Part shown: in pieces, positions 39,402 to 48,408 of the stretch | Position numbering within the stretch: position 1 is the stretch's first letter | Layout of the letters: every line of letters begins with the position of its first letter | Notes under the pieces: generated by a model | Databases searched by the model: none | Told to the model about the DNA's origin: nothing | What the model saw: only the letters and a program-made list of their open reading frames with translations | Program-made: the position numbers and the translations under genes | Origin: Bacteroidales bacterium | GTDB taxonomy: Bacteria; Bacteroidota; Bacteroidia; Bacteroidales; B18-G4 | Direction: 5' to 3' | DNA: 64,000 nt | NCBI GenBank assembly: GCA_018400295.1 | Contig: JAGYMZ010000002.1 | Span: 3,106-67,105, forward strand

Positions 39402-42287
39402 TTATTTTTTTAAAAAGCTGTGCAAGGTTTCCAGCAGCAAGGACGGCTTGATTGGTTTGGTAAGGTATGCACTGAAACCATATTGCCGGCTTTTTTCTAT
39501 GTCTTCTTTTAGGGCATAGGCCGTAAGGGCAATGACGGGAACATCGGAGCCGGCCTTTATCAGTTCCCTTAAAGCCTCGTATCCGTTCATTTCGGGCATT
39601 CGCAGGTCCATGATTATCAGGTCGATATCCGGATGTTCCCTGTACAATTCCAAAACCTCCAAACCGTTGGATGCATGTAGTGTATTTATGTTTTCCCGTT
39701 TCAAAATATTTTCAATCAGCAGGTAATTTGATTCTACATCTTCTGCAACGAGGATCTTATAATTCGGTTCAAATGTTTTGGTTCCTTCCGGGCCCTCGGG
39801 TGCTTTTATATTTTGAACGCCCGGGATGTATGGGATGGTCAGGTAAAATGTACTGCCTTCACCAGGGGAAGAAACAAGGGTCAGTTTTCCTTCCAGCAGG
39901 TTGGCAATATGCTTGGAGATTGACAGCCCCAGACCGGTCCCGCCCTTTTCCCGCGTATTTGAAATGTCAATTTGCTGGAATCTTTCAAAAATGATCTTGT
40001 GCTTTTCCCTGGCAATGCCGATCCCGGAATCTTCAACATAGAACTTCATTACGGGGTTTGGGGTTTCGTTCACGAAATGGCATCCAAACCGGACAAACCC
40101 TTTTTCTGTGAATTTTAGGGCATTATTCAAAAGATTGCTCAGGATCTGCTTGATCTTTTCCGGGTCACTGATCAACAGATCGTGAGATTTTTCAGGAATA
40201 TCGGCCAGCGAGAATTCCAAGGGTTCTTTGTTGGAAAGTTTACGGTATTCATTATGGATATTGTATAGTTCATGCAGCATTTTTGATACGGAGAATTCCT
40301 TTTTGTAAACGGCGATCTGTCCGGTTTCGATCATGGATATATCCAGGATATCATCAATAATGTGCAGCAGGTTGGTGGAGCTGTTGCTGATGATCCGGAT
40401 ATATTCCCGGCGGCTTTCTTCAGAAACATCATTTTCTGCAAGAAGGGAGGAAAATCCGATGATCGCATTCATTGGGGTTCGTATTTCGTGCGACATATTT
40501 GCCAGAAAAGCGGTCTTTAGTTTGTCGGCTTCTTCGGCTTTTTCCCTGGCCCTTTCCAACTGAAGAAGCTGCTCTTTTCTTTCCGTAATGTCTTTGATGC
40601 TTCCCATCAACCGGTATGGCACTTTTTGATCGCTGCACTGAAAGATGCCGTTTTCTTCAACATAAATGTAGGAACCATCATTTTTTCTGATCCGGTATTC
40701 AAAAGAAAACCTTTCTGCTTTTTCTTTGGCGGCATCCAATTGTTTTATGATGCTTTTCCTCTCTTCCGGGTGAATTAATTGTTTCCAGCCATCAACATCG
40801 ACATGCTGGAATTCATTTACCGGATATCCCAATACTTCTTCAATAGCACCAGCCCAGTCGATTTTTCCGGTTCTGAGGTCATAATCATAGATCACCTGTC
40901 CGGTTTGCTTACCAACGATATGATATCGTTCTTCGCTCAATTTCAGACTGATCTCGGAACGTTTTTTGTCGGTTATATCTTTGTAAATGCCGTAGACTGC
41001 CAATTGGTTATCTGCGTGTATAATGGGTTTGCCCCTTACGGATACGTATTTTCGTTTCTTATGTTTATCCTGCCTGATGGTTTCAAAATCAACATAGTCC
41101 CCTTTGCTAACCTTGATGGTGGCTTCCATTGCTTCAGACTTAAGTTCATCGGGAGCGATCAGTTCGTTGATGGGTTTACCGGTGGCTTCTTTTTCGGAGT
41201 ATCCAAAAAGCCTGGTAAAGTTTTCATTGATTTCCTTTACCCGGTCTTTTTCGTCAAGGATTACAATGGCATCGGGACTATATTGAAACAAGTCCTGAAA
41301 GTACTTCCTTTGGTTTTTTAGCTGCTCCAGATGCTTTTTCCTTTCTGAAATATCCCTGGTTATCGAAAGAATGTATTTGGTGCCTTTGATCGTTATCAGA
41401 TTGGCTGTCATGAGGGCGGATCTGATTGTTCCGTCTTTCATCCGGAAATCTGCTTCCAGGTTTTTCACATGTCCGTGGCGGAAAAGTTCTTTTGTAAGCC
41501 GTTCCCTGTCTGCCATATCTTTCCAGAGGTTGATCTCAGCAGATGTTTTACCGACAACATCTTCTGCTGTGTAGCCGCTCATTTCCGTAAATCCTTTGTT
41601 AATGCTGAGAAATTTGCCATCGTGAACCCGGTTGATGTTTATTGCATCCGGGCTGCTATGAAAAGCTTTACTGAAGAGCTCTTCGCTTTGCTGCAGGTCT
41701 ATTTCTGTAAACTTCTTGTTCAGAGCGATCGAAAGTTGATGAACAAAGGCCTCTATCAGGTCTTTATCAATTTCGACATCTTTGGTCATCAAAATCACTA
41801 CGCTTCCGAAAAGTTTGCCTTTGCGTGTGATCCCTATGGAGTATATTGCTTTAATCCGGATCAGTTTTTCAACTTTTCGGAAGAGGGCTTCCGGGATCCT
41901 TTTATCCGATAGTTCATAGAGATCATTAGGCAGTTTAAAGAGATGGCCTCTTTTTATATTTTCATAGTGTTTGTAAGCGGATTGCGGTAGCTTATCCGAG
42001 TATTTGTCCAGTATTCCGAAGGCTTTATTAATTGTTTTCCTGGATCCGGCAATTCCTTCGAAAAGGATCTGTTTGTTTTCATCATCTTTTCTGCTCACCA
42101 AAACATAGGAATCCGGGATTACTTCGTGCAGTTTTTCTGCAGCGTACGCATAAAGGTTCCTATCAAACGGAAGATCAACAAGTTCGACTGCCGTATTCCT
42201 GAGAAACTCCAGTTTATGCCTGCCGTTGTTTACTGCACTCGAGACATGACCAGGCTTTTTGGGGACTTGGTTTTGTTCCTTGTTCAT
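39402..42287 (-). CDS. Hybrid sensor histidine kinase (N-terminal unknown domain, 3 PAS, HisKA-HATPase-REC; no HPt)
   Basis: 961 aa; H-box MSHEIRTPMNAI; GGTGLGLSISKHI; receiver ILVAEDVESN..IIMDLRMPEMNG..LTAY. Confidence 0.9.
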   Translation of the reverse strand: MNKEQNQVPKKPGHVSSAVNNGRHKLEFLRNTAVELVDLPFDRNLYAYAAEKLHEVIPDSYVLVSRKDDENKQILFEGIAGSRKTINKAFGILDKYSDKLPQSAYKHYENIKRGHLFKLPNDLYELSDKRIPEALFRKVEKLIRIKAIYSIGITRKGKLFGSVVILMTKDVEIDKDLIEAFVHQLSIALNKKFTEIDLQQSEELFSKAFHSSPDAININRVHDGKFLSINKGFTEMSGYTAEDVVGKTSAEINLWKDMADRERLTKELFRHGHVKNLEADFRMKDGTIRSALMTANLITIKGTKYILSITRDISERKKHLEQLKNQRKYFQDLFQYSPDAIVILDEKDRVKEINENFTRLFGYSEKEATGKPINELIAPDELKSEAMEATIKVSKGDYVDFETIRQDKHKKRKYVSVRGKPIIHADNQLAVYGIYKDITDKKRSEISLKLSEERYHIVGKQTGQVIYDYDLRTGKIDWAGAIEEVLGYPVNEFQHVDVDGWKQLIHPEERKSIIKQLDAAKEKAERFSFEYRIRKNDGSYIYVEENGIFQCSDQKVPYRLMGSIKDITERKEQLLQLERAREKAEEADKLKTAFLANMSHEIRTPMNAIIGFSSLLAENDVSEESRREYIRIISNSSTNLLHIIDDILDISMIETGQIAVYKKEFSVSKMLHELYNIHNEYRKLSNKEPLEFSLADIPEKSHDLLISDPEKIKQILSNLLNNALKFTEKGFVRFGCHFVNETPNPVMKFYVEDSGIGIAREKHKIIFERFQQIDISNTREKGGTGLGLSISKHIANLLEGKLTLVSSPGEGSTFYLTIPYIPGVQNIKAPEGPEGTKTFEPNYKILVAEDVESNYLLIENILKRENINTLHASNGLEVLELYREHPDIDLIIMDLRMPEMNGYEALRELIKAGSDVPVIALTAYALKEDIEKSRQYGFSAYLTKPIKPSLLLETLHSFLKK

Positions 42288-42443
42288 ATTATAATTTTCC
42301 TCCTCCTAAGGCACACAAAGTTAATGCTTTTTTTCCGACAGGGCTGATCTTTCTTTCCGGGATTTATTTTTGATCCATGGTTATTTGCATTTTTGATGCG
42401 CGGTGACCTGCCGTTAATGGATCCTCATTAAAAAGAAAATAAA

Positions 42444-42451
42444 TAGCTTTG
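42444..42451 (+). promoter_or_regulatory. Candidate Bacteroidota -7 box (TAGCTTTG) for the pfkB kinase gene
   Basis: Matches TAnnTTTG, 20 nt upstream of the ATG at 42471. Confidence 0.3.
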
Positions 42452-42470
42452 CCGTATAAATATCGGTATT

Positions 42471-43490
42471 ATGGCAAAAATACTTGGAATTGGCAATGCA
42501 CTGGTTGATATCATGACCTCGCTGGAAGATGATATTTTACTTACCGAGTTAAAGCTTCCCAAAGGGAGCATGCAACTTGTGGATATCAATACCTCTTCCG
42601 TGGTATTGGATGCCAGTGCCCACTTAAGAAGGCAGCTTACAGCCGGCGGTTCTGCATCCAACACCATATACGGTTTGGCCATGTTGGGTGTGGATACTGC
42701 TTTTATCGGGAAAATCGGAAAAGATGAATATGGGAATGTTTATAAAAATGATTTGCTGGCATGTAAGATCATACCCAGGCTTTACGTTAGCGATACCCAT
42801 TCAGGCCGGGCAGTGGCGTTTGTAAGTACAGATTCAGAGCGCACCTTTGCAACGCATTTGGGTGCTGCCATCGAACTGGTGGCCGAAGATCTGGTGCCGG
42901 ACCATTTTTCCGGGTATCAGTATTTGCATATCGAGGGTTATTTGGTTCAGAACTACCTGCTGATCCGGAGGGCAATTGATCTGGCCGGGAGATATGGGCT
43001 CAGGGTTTCCCTGGACCTGGCCAGTTATAATGTTGTGGAGGAGCATGTGGAATTCCTGAAAAAGCTGATACGGGAAAGCATAGATATTGTTTTTGCCAAT
43101 GAGGATGAGGCCCGGGCATTAACAGGCAAGCCACCGGAGGAAGCGGTTGAGGAAATTTCCGGTTTTTGTGAAATTGCCGTTGTCAAGACCGGGCCCGGAG
43201 GATCCCTGGTGAGGCGGGGTGATGAATTTCACCGGATTGGCATCATACCGGCCTCACCCCTGGATACAACCGGTGCCGGCGACCTGTATGCATCCGGTTT
43301 TCTTTTTGGATTGATCCGGGGTTACGACCTTAAACAAAGCGGAGATCTGGGTGCCTTGCTGGCAGGGAATATCATTGAAGTCCTTGGTGCCCGAATGGAT
43401 AAGCAACGCTGGGACAGGATCCGGGAAGGGGTTCGGAGGATTGGTGGGATGGGTGGTGAAACAGATGTCATCCAGATGTCATCCGGATGA
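42471..43490 (+). CDS. pfkB-family carbohydrate/adenosine kinase
   Basis: 339 aa; GIGNALVDI; DTTGAGDLYASGFLFG (pfkB signature 2). The last 8 codons and the stop lie inside the palindrome at 43462-43507. Confidence 0.85.
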   Translation: MAKILGIGNALVDIMTSLEDDILLTELKLPKGSMQLVDINTSSVVLDASAHLRRQLTAGGSASNTIYGLAMLGVDTAFIGKIGKDEYGNVYKNDLLACKIIPRLYVSDTHSGRAVAFVSTDSERTFATHLGAAIELVAEDLVPDHFSGYQYLHIEGYLVQNYLLIRRAIDLAGRYGLRVSLDLASYNVVEEHVEFLKKLIRESIDIVFANEDEARALTGKPPEEAVEEISGFCEIAVVKTGPGGSLVRRGDEFHRIGIIPASPLDTTGAGDLYASGFLFGLIRGYDLKQSGDLGALLAGNIIEVLGARMDKQRWDRIREGVRRIGGMGGETDVIQMSSG

Positions 43491-43507
43491 CATCTGGATG
43501 ACATCTG
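43462..43507. repeat. 46-bp perfect palindrome (four 11-bp units), copy 1
   Basis: CAGATGTCATC CAGATGTCATC CGGATGACATC TGGATGACATC TG. Arms 43462-43484 and 43485-43507 are exact reverse complements. 44/44 identical to 57825-57868. Confidence 0.95.
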
Positions 43508-43549
43508 AAATATTTTGCATTCTTTTTTTAAATCTTTCACAGAATTTCA

Positions 43550-43557
43550 TACTTTTG
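43550..43557 (+). promoter_or_regulatory. Candidate -7 box (TACTTTTG) for the EF-G paralogue
   Basis: Matches TAnnTTTG, 50 nt upstream of the ATG at 43607. Confidence 0.35.
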
Positions 43558-43606
43558 CATCCCTAATTTTCAGCTAAATAAGTAATTGTTATAATTATAT
43601 TAAAAT

Positions 43607-45805
43607 ATGAAGGAATATCAAACACAGGACATCAGGAACATTGCTTTGATTGGCGGTGCCAAGACCGGTAAGACAACCTTAGCGGAATGTATGCTTTTTG
43701 AAGGTGGAATTATTAACAGAAGGGGGACGGTCGACGATAAGAACACGGTATCTGATTTCCGGGAAATTGAGCTGGAAAGACAAAACTCCGTATTTGCATC
43801 GGTTCTGTATACAATCTTTAACGACAAAAAAATTAATATTCTGGATACTCCTGGGTTTGACGATTTTATTGGCGAAGTGATCGGTTCCTTGCGGGTGGCT
43901 GATTCTGCCGTTATGACCATAAATGCCCAAAATGGTGTTGAGGTTGGAACGGAAGTGACATGGAGACAGGCGGAAAAATTTGATAAACCCGTGATCTTTG
44001 CCATCAATCACCTGGAACATGAAAATTCAAACTGGGATGAAACCATCACGCAACTGAAACAACATTTCGGCGGGGGTATCACCATTTTACAATATCCGGT
44101 TAATGCCGGGATCGGATTCAATTCCATCATCGACCTTATGAAAATGAAGTTGTTTAAATATCCCGAAGATGGAGGAAAACCTGAGATTCTGGATATACCC
44201 GGGGATCAAAAAGACAAAGCGGAAGAAATGCAGGCAGCCATGATCGAAGACCTGGCAGCAAACGATGAGGAATTGATGGAAAAATTCTTCGAAAAGGGTA
44301 CCCTGAGCGAAGACGAGATACAATCCGGACTTAAGCTGGGGATCATTGACCGGGGTATTTTCCCTGTATTGTGTGTTAATGCCAAGCAAAATATGGGTGT
44401 TGGACGCTTGCTCGAATTCATCGCAAACAATGCTCCTGCCCCTGATGAAATGCCCGGTGTTAAAACGACAGAAGGCAAAGAGCTGAAATGTAATAACGAT
44501 GATCCCGTTTCTGCCTTCGTTTTTAAGACCATGATTGAATCCCATCTCGGAGAGATATCCTTTTTTAAACTCTATGCCGGGGAGATCGGTGAGAGCGAAG
44601 ACCTGATGAATGCCAATACGTCTACCAAGGAAAGGATCTCACAGGTATTTGCTTTTGCGGGTAAGAACCGGGAGAAAGTCGGGAAAGTGCATTCCGGGGA
44701 TATTGTCGCTGCAATTAAGCTGAAAAGCACCAAAACAAACAATACACTGAACTCTCTGAAGAATCCGGATGATGTGATCGAACCTACGGTTTTCCCGGAT
44801 CCCAAATTCCGTACAGCCATCAAAGCCAAAAACCAGGCAGATGATGAAAAACTGGGAGTGGCTTTGAATGAAATACACCGTATGGACCAGACAGTTATTT
44901 CCGCCTATTATAAAGAGCTTAGGCAAATGATCCTTGAAGGCCAGGGAGAACTTCATCTGAACATCGTAAAATGGCACCTCGAAAACCTGTATAAAGTGCC
45001 GGTCGATTTCCTGACCCCCAAGATCCCATATCGGGAAACCATCACAAGGCCGTCTCAGGCCAGCTACCTGCATAAGAAACAATCCGGGGGCGCAGGACAG
45101 TTCGGCCAGGTATATATGATCATAGAACCTTATGAAGAAGGAATGCCCGAACCCTCTAAATACAAATTGAAGCAAGTTCTCAGCATGTCATCCGTTAACC
45201 CGCTGAGCGCTCAGAAGGGAGATACGGAAATTACTGTAAATGTGCGGGGCAAGGATGAAATATCCCTGGAATGGGGCGGTAAGCTGATATTTTATAATTG
45301 TATTGTCGGAGGGGCCATCGATGCCAGGTTCTTACCTGCCATTTTAAAGGGCATCATGGAAAGGATGGAACAAGGCCCCCTGACCGGATCCTATGCCCGG
45401 GACATCCGGGTTTGTGTTTACGATGGTAAAATGCATCCCGTGGATTCTAATGAGGTTTCCTTCAAGCTTGCCGGTAAGACGGCATTCAGTATGGCATTCC
45501 GCGAAGCCGGCCCCAAGATCATGGAACCGGTATACGATCTTGAGGTGATCGTTCCGGAAGATAAAATGGGGAACGTTATGACAGACCTCCAGGGTAGAAG
45601 AGCAGTCATCATGGGCATGGAGGGAGGCGTTATCAAGGCCAAGGTGCCACTGGCGGAAATGGGAAGGTATTCCACCGCGCTCAGTTCCCTTACCAGCGGA
45701 AGGGCTTCCTATACGATGAAATTTTCGGAATATGCCCCGGTTCCTGGTGAAATTCAGGATAAACTGCTGAAAGAATACGCAGAAAAACAAAAGGAAGAGG
45801 ATTAG
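43607..45805 (+). CDS. Elongation factor G paralogue with degenerate GTPase motifs (EF-G2-like)
   Basis: 732 aa, colinear with EF-G (RNIALIGGAKTGKTT, ILDTPGFDDF, VTWRQAEKF, domain IV/V strings). G3 is DTPGF instead of DTPGH; G4 is NHLE instead of NKxD. Confidence 0.8.
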   Translation: MKEYQTQDIRNIALIGGAKTGKTTLAECMLFEGGIINRRGTVDDKNTVSDFREIELERQNSVFASVLYTIFNDKKINILDTPGFDDFIGEVIGSLRVADSAVMTINAQNGVEVGTEVTWRQAEKFDKPVIFAINHLEHENSNWDETITQLKQHFGGGITILQYPVNAGIGFNSIIDLMKMKLFKYPEDGGKPEILDIPGDQKDKAEEMQAAMIEDLAANDEELMEKFFEKGTLSEDEIQSGLKLGIIDRGIFPVLCVNAKQNMGVGRLLEFIANNAPAPDEMPGVKTTEGKELKCNNDDPVSAFVFKTMIESHLGEISFFKLYAGEIGESEDLMNANTSTKERISQVFAFAGKNREKVGKVHSGDIVAAIKLKSTKTNNTLNSLKNPDDVIEPTVFPDPKFRTAIKAKNQADDEKLGVALNEIHRMDQTVISAYYKELRQMILEGQGELHLNIVKWHLENLYKVPVDFLTPKIPYRETITRPSQASYLHKKQSGGAGQFGQVYMIIEPYEEGMPEPSKYKLKQVLSMSSVNPLSAQKGDTEITVNVRGKDEISLEWGGKLIFYNCIVGGAIDARFLPAILKGIMERMEQGPLTGSYARDIRVCVYDGKMHPVDSNEVSFKLAGKTAFSMAFREAGPKIMEPVYDLEVIVPEDKMGNVMTDLQGRRAVIMGMEGGVIKAKVPLAEMGRYSTALSSLTSGRASYTMKFSEYAPVPGEIQDKLLKEYAEKQKEED

Positions 45806-45829
45806 TTTTTTAATCCCATGAGAAATTCA

Positions 45830-45872
45830 GGGGGCTGCCTTATCATAATCCGGGCAGCCCCCTTTTTATTTT
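45830..45872 (+). terminator. Intrinsic terminator between the convergent EF-G paralogue and Fe-ADH genes
   Basis: GGGGGCTGCC (45830-39), 13-nt loop, GGCAGCCCCC (45853-62), followed by TTTTTATTTT. Confidence 0.8.
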
Positions 45873-47010
45873 ACAGGAAGAACGCGATGAGCTTGCGGTT
45901 ATCCTCCGGACTGAGTTTGTGTATGTTCCCGCCTACCTTGTTTTTATTCATGGTTTCCAGGATGAGTCCGGCGTCCGGCTTTTCTATTTCCAGTTGAGAC
46001 AAACGTATGGGACTTCCAATCCCGCTGAAGAACGCTTCAAATCCTTCAATGGTGTCCACAATGGTCTTGGTCCCAAACAGGTTCTTGCCAAGCTCCCTGA
46101 TCCTTTCGGGGATGCGGTTGCGATGAAGTTTCATCCATGCCGGATAGACTATGGATAATGATGCACCATGGGGCACATCGTATAGTACCGATAAAATATG
46201 TCCGACACTGTGTACACCCCAATCCCCGCTTCTACGGCCATAGCTTGTCAGGTTATTCAATGCATTGGTTGCAGCGTACATCATCCTGGCACGAAGCTCA
46301 TAATCCTGAAGGTTGTTTAATAGCGGCGCTCCAATCTCTATGGCTTCCCGGATGATCGCGTATACATATTTATCTGAAAGCGGGGCATGCCCTTCCCCGA
46401 AATAGGCTTCCAGGCAATGGGACGTGAGGTCTGTTATACCGTAAGATGTATAATCCTTCGGGACACTCAGTGTAAACTGAGGGTCAAGAAAGGAATAAAC
46501 CGGGTACATGAGCGGATTATGAAAGCCCAGTTTTTCCCTGGTCTCCGGATTCTGGACCACGGCAAACCGGTTCATTTCCGTGCCGGTGGCAGCCAGGGTC
46601 AGCACCGCAATAAGCGGGAGGCTTTTCCGGGGGTGGGTTTTGCCCTTGATCATGTCCCAGGCCGGCCCCTCCTGCGGAATGGCCACCGAAACGATCTTGC
46701 CGGTGTCAATAACGCTTCCCCCGCCAACTGCAAGGATGAAATCTGCCTTTTCTTTCCTGCCCAGTTCCGCAGCCGCGTCTGCATCATTGACCAGGGGATT
46801 GGGTTTAATTCCGGGGTATTCGGTGAATTCGATCCCATTTTTGCTTAACGCGCTGACAACGGTGTTGTATATTCCGTTTCTTTTGATGGATCCTCCGCCG
46901 TAAATGAGCAGGGCTTTTTTACCGAGGTTATTGGCCTTTTCGCCCAGGTTTTCCAGCACGTTCCGGCCAAAATGGAGTTCTGTGGGATTGTGCATGATGA
47001 AATTTTCCAT
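45871..47010 (-). CDS. Iron-containing (group III) alcohol dehydrogenase
   Basis: 379 aa; AVGGGSVIDTGK; GVHSVGH metal-binding region. Confidence 0.85.
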   Translation of the reverse strand: MENFIMHNPTELHFGRNVLENLGEKANNLGKKALLIYGGGSIKRNGIYNTVVSALSKNGIEFTEYPGIKPNPLVNDADAAAELGRKEKADFILAVGGGSVIDTGKIVSVAIPQEGPAWDMIKGKTHPRKSLPLIAVLTLAATGTEMNRFAVVQNPETREKLGFHNPLMYPVYSFLDPQFTLSVPKDYTSYGITDLTSHCLEAYFGEGHAPLSDKYVYAIIREAIEIGAPLLNNLQDYELRARMMYAATNALNNLTSYGRRSGDWGVHSVGHILSVLYDVPHGASLSIVYPAWMKLHRNRIPERIRELGKNLFGTKTIVDTIEGFEAFFSGIGSPIRLSQLEIEKPDAGLILETMNKNKVGGNIHKLSPEDNRKLIAFFL

Positions 47011-47108
47011 ACTGCTGAATATTTCTTGTTAAAGATATTATTGGCCAAATATTTTGCCGGCCCATTGCTTGCCTGGTTTCCCCTTTGCGTGTGCCGGCCG
47101 CGCCACCA

Positions 47109-48176
47109 TTACGTTATGACCCCGCTGCCCAGGCAAAGGGTTTTGTCTTCATCGTAAATCACCCCGAATTGTCCCGGAGCCACTCCTGAAACCGGTTGGA
47201 GCGGTTGGACGGTAAAATGGGTTTGACTGCGCCGGATCAGCATGCCGGGGGTAAATTCCGGCTGGTGCCGGATCTTGAAGTTTATCTCTTGCTCAGGGGG
47301 TACTTTTTCGTCATATCCAGGATTGATGAAGCTGAAATCTTCCAGCTCAATTTCTTTCTTGTATTGGGATGCCGGGTCATATCCATTGGAAACGAACAAT
47401 GTGTTTTCCGCGGTATCCTTGCCTACAACGAACCAGGGACCCTGGCCCAGTCCCAGACCTTTGCGCTGTCCGATGGTATGGAACCAGATGCCGCGGTGTT
47501 CCCCCAGGATCCTGCCCGTTTCGAGCTCTACGATCCTGCCCGGTTTTTCCCCGGTATATTTTTTAATGAACTGTGTATAATTGATCTTTCCCAAGAAGCA
47601 TATGCCTTGGCTGTCGGGACGTTCGGCACTGGGAAGTTTCAGCGCTGCGGCCTTATCCCTTACTTCACTTTTTTGCATATGCCCGATCGGGAACATAGCC
47701 TTTGAAAGCTGTTCATATGTGATCCTTCCCAGAAAATACGTCTGGTCCTTTTTCCTGTCCCGTGCTGTCCCAAGCCATAACTGTCCTTCCTTCTCCACAT
47801 GGGTAGCATAGTGTCCGGTGCTGATGCGGTCGTAATCTTTCCCGAACTTGCTGTTGAAGCTCCCGAACTTGATCAGCCGGTTGCACATCATATCCGGGTT
47901 CGGGGTCAGGCCCTTCCTGACCGTCTGCAATGTATAATCTATAACCCGGTCCCGGTATTCCTCCTGAAGATCTACGACCTCCATACGGCAACCATACTTT
48001 TTGGCTATGTAGGAAGTGATCTCAATATCTTCCTCTGAAGGACAATCCATGAAACCCGGCTCCCCTTCCAGTGCGATTTTTATGTAGAAAATATCCGGGG
48101 TATATCCCATGTCCTTTAACACGGGAATGGTTACCGAACTGTCAACGCCTCCCGAAACCAATGCCGCAATGGTCAT
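47109..48176 (-). CDS. mnmA: tRNA 2-thiouridine(34) synthase MnmA
   Basis: Start moved to the internal ATG at 48176 (MTIAALVSGGVDSSV PP-loop). TPNPDMMCNRLIKFG; DQTYFL. Confidence 0.85.
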   Translation of the reverse strand: MTIAALVSGGVDSSVTIPVLKDMGYTPDIFYIKIALEGEPGFMDCPSEEDIEITSYIAKKYGCRMEVVDLQEEYRDRVIDYTLQTVRKGLTPNPDMMCNRLIKFGSFNSKFGKDYDRISTGHYATHVEKEGQLWLGTARDRKKDQTYFLGRITYEQLSKAMFPIGHMQKSEVRDKAAALKLPSAERPDSQGICFLGKINYTQFIKKYTGEKPGRIVELETGRILGEHRGIWFHTIGQRKGLGLGQGPWFVVGKDTAENTLFVSNGYDPASQYKKEIELEDFSFINPGYDEKVPPEQEINFKIRHQPEFTPGMLIRRSQTHFTVQPLQPVSGVAPGQFGVIYDEDKTLCLGSGVIT

Positions 48177-48242
48177 AGATGATTTTTTACAAAAGTAATC
48201 AGAATCGTGCAAGTGACGAAAAGATTTGTCCTGCGCACGCCG

Positions 48243-48404
48243 TCAGCTTAACAGGAATTTCCCGGCGATCCCGGAGAGGAAACGGATGATCATGCCGGCC
48301 AGGATCATCGTTGTCATTGGGAAATAAAAGGGAACCTGCTTTTGCTGAATGCGGATATCCCGGGGTAGGTTGCCGGACCCGGAAATCCTGTCAGGAGTGA
48401 TCAA
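48243..48404 (-). CDS. DUF2905-like small membrane protein, N-terminally short (possible remnant)
   Basis: Below the track threshold. Reads (TTG)ITPDRISGSGNLPRDIRIQQKQVPFYFPMTTMILAGMIIRFLSGIAGKFLLS*. LP.DI....FYFP.TT.IL matches my recollection of the DUF2905 consensus. First ATG is only at 48317. Confidence 0.4.
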   Translation of the reverse strand: MITPDRISGSGNLPRDIRIQQKQVPFYFPMTTMILAGMIIRFLSGIAGKFLLS

Positions 48405-48408
48405 CTGT

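Noticed and set aside
43322-43566. Track ORFs on both strands at 43322-43566, and at 57276-57968 and 57619-57864, all containing the peptide MSSRCHPDDIWMTS.
   Set aside because: The shared peptide is just the translation of the palindromic repeat, which reads the same on both strands. It is not evidence of paralogous genes.
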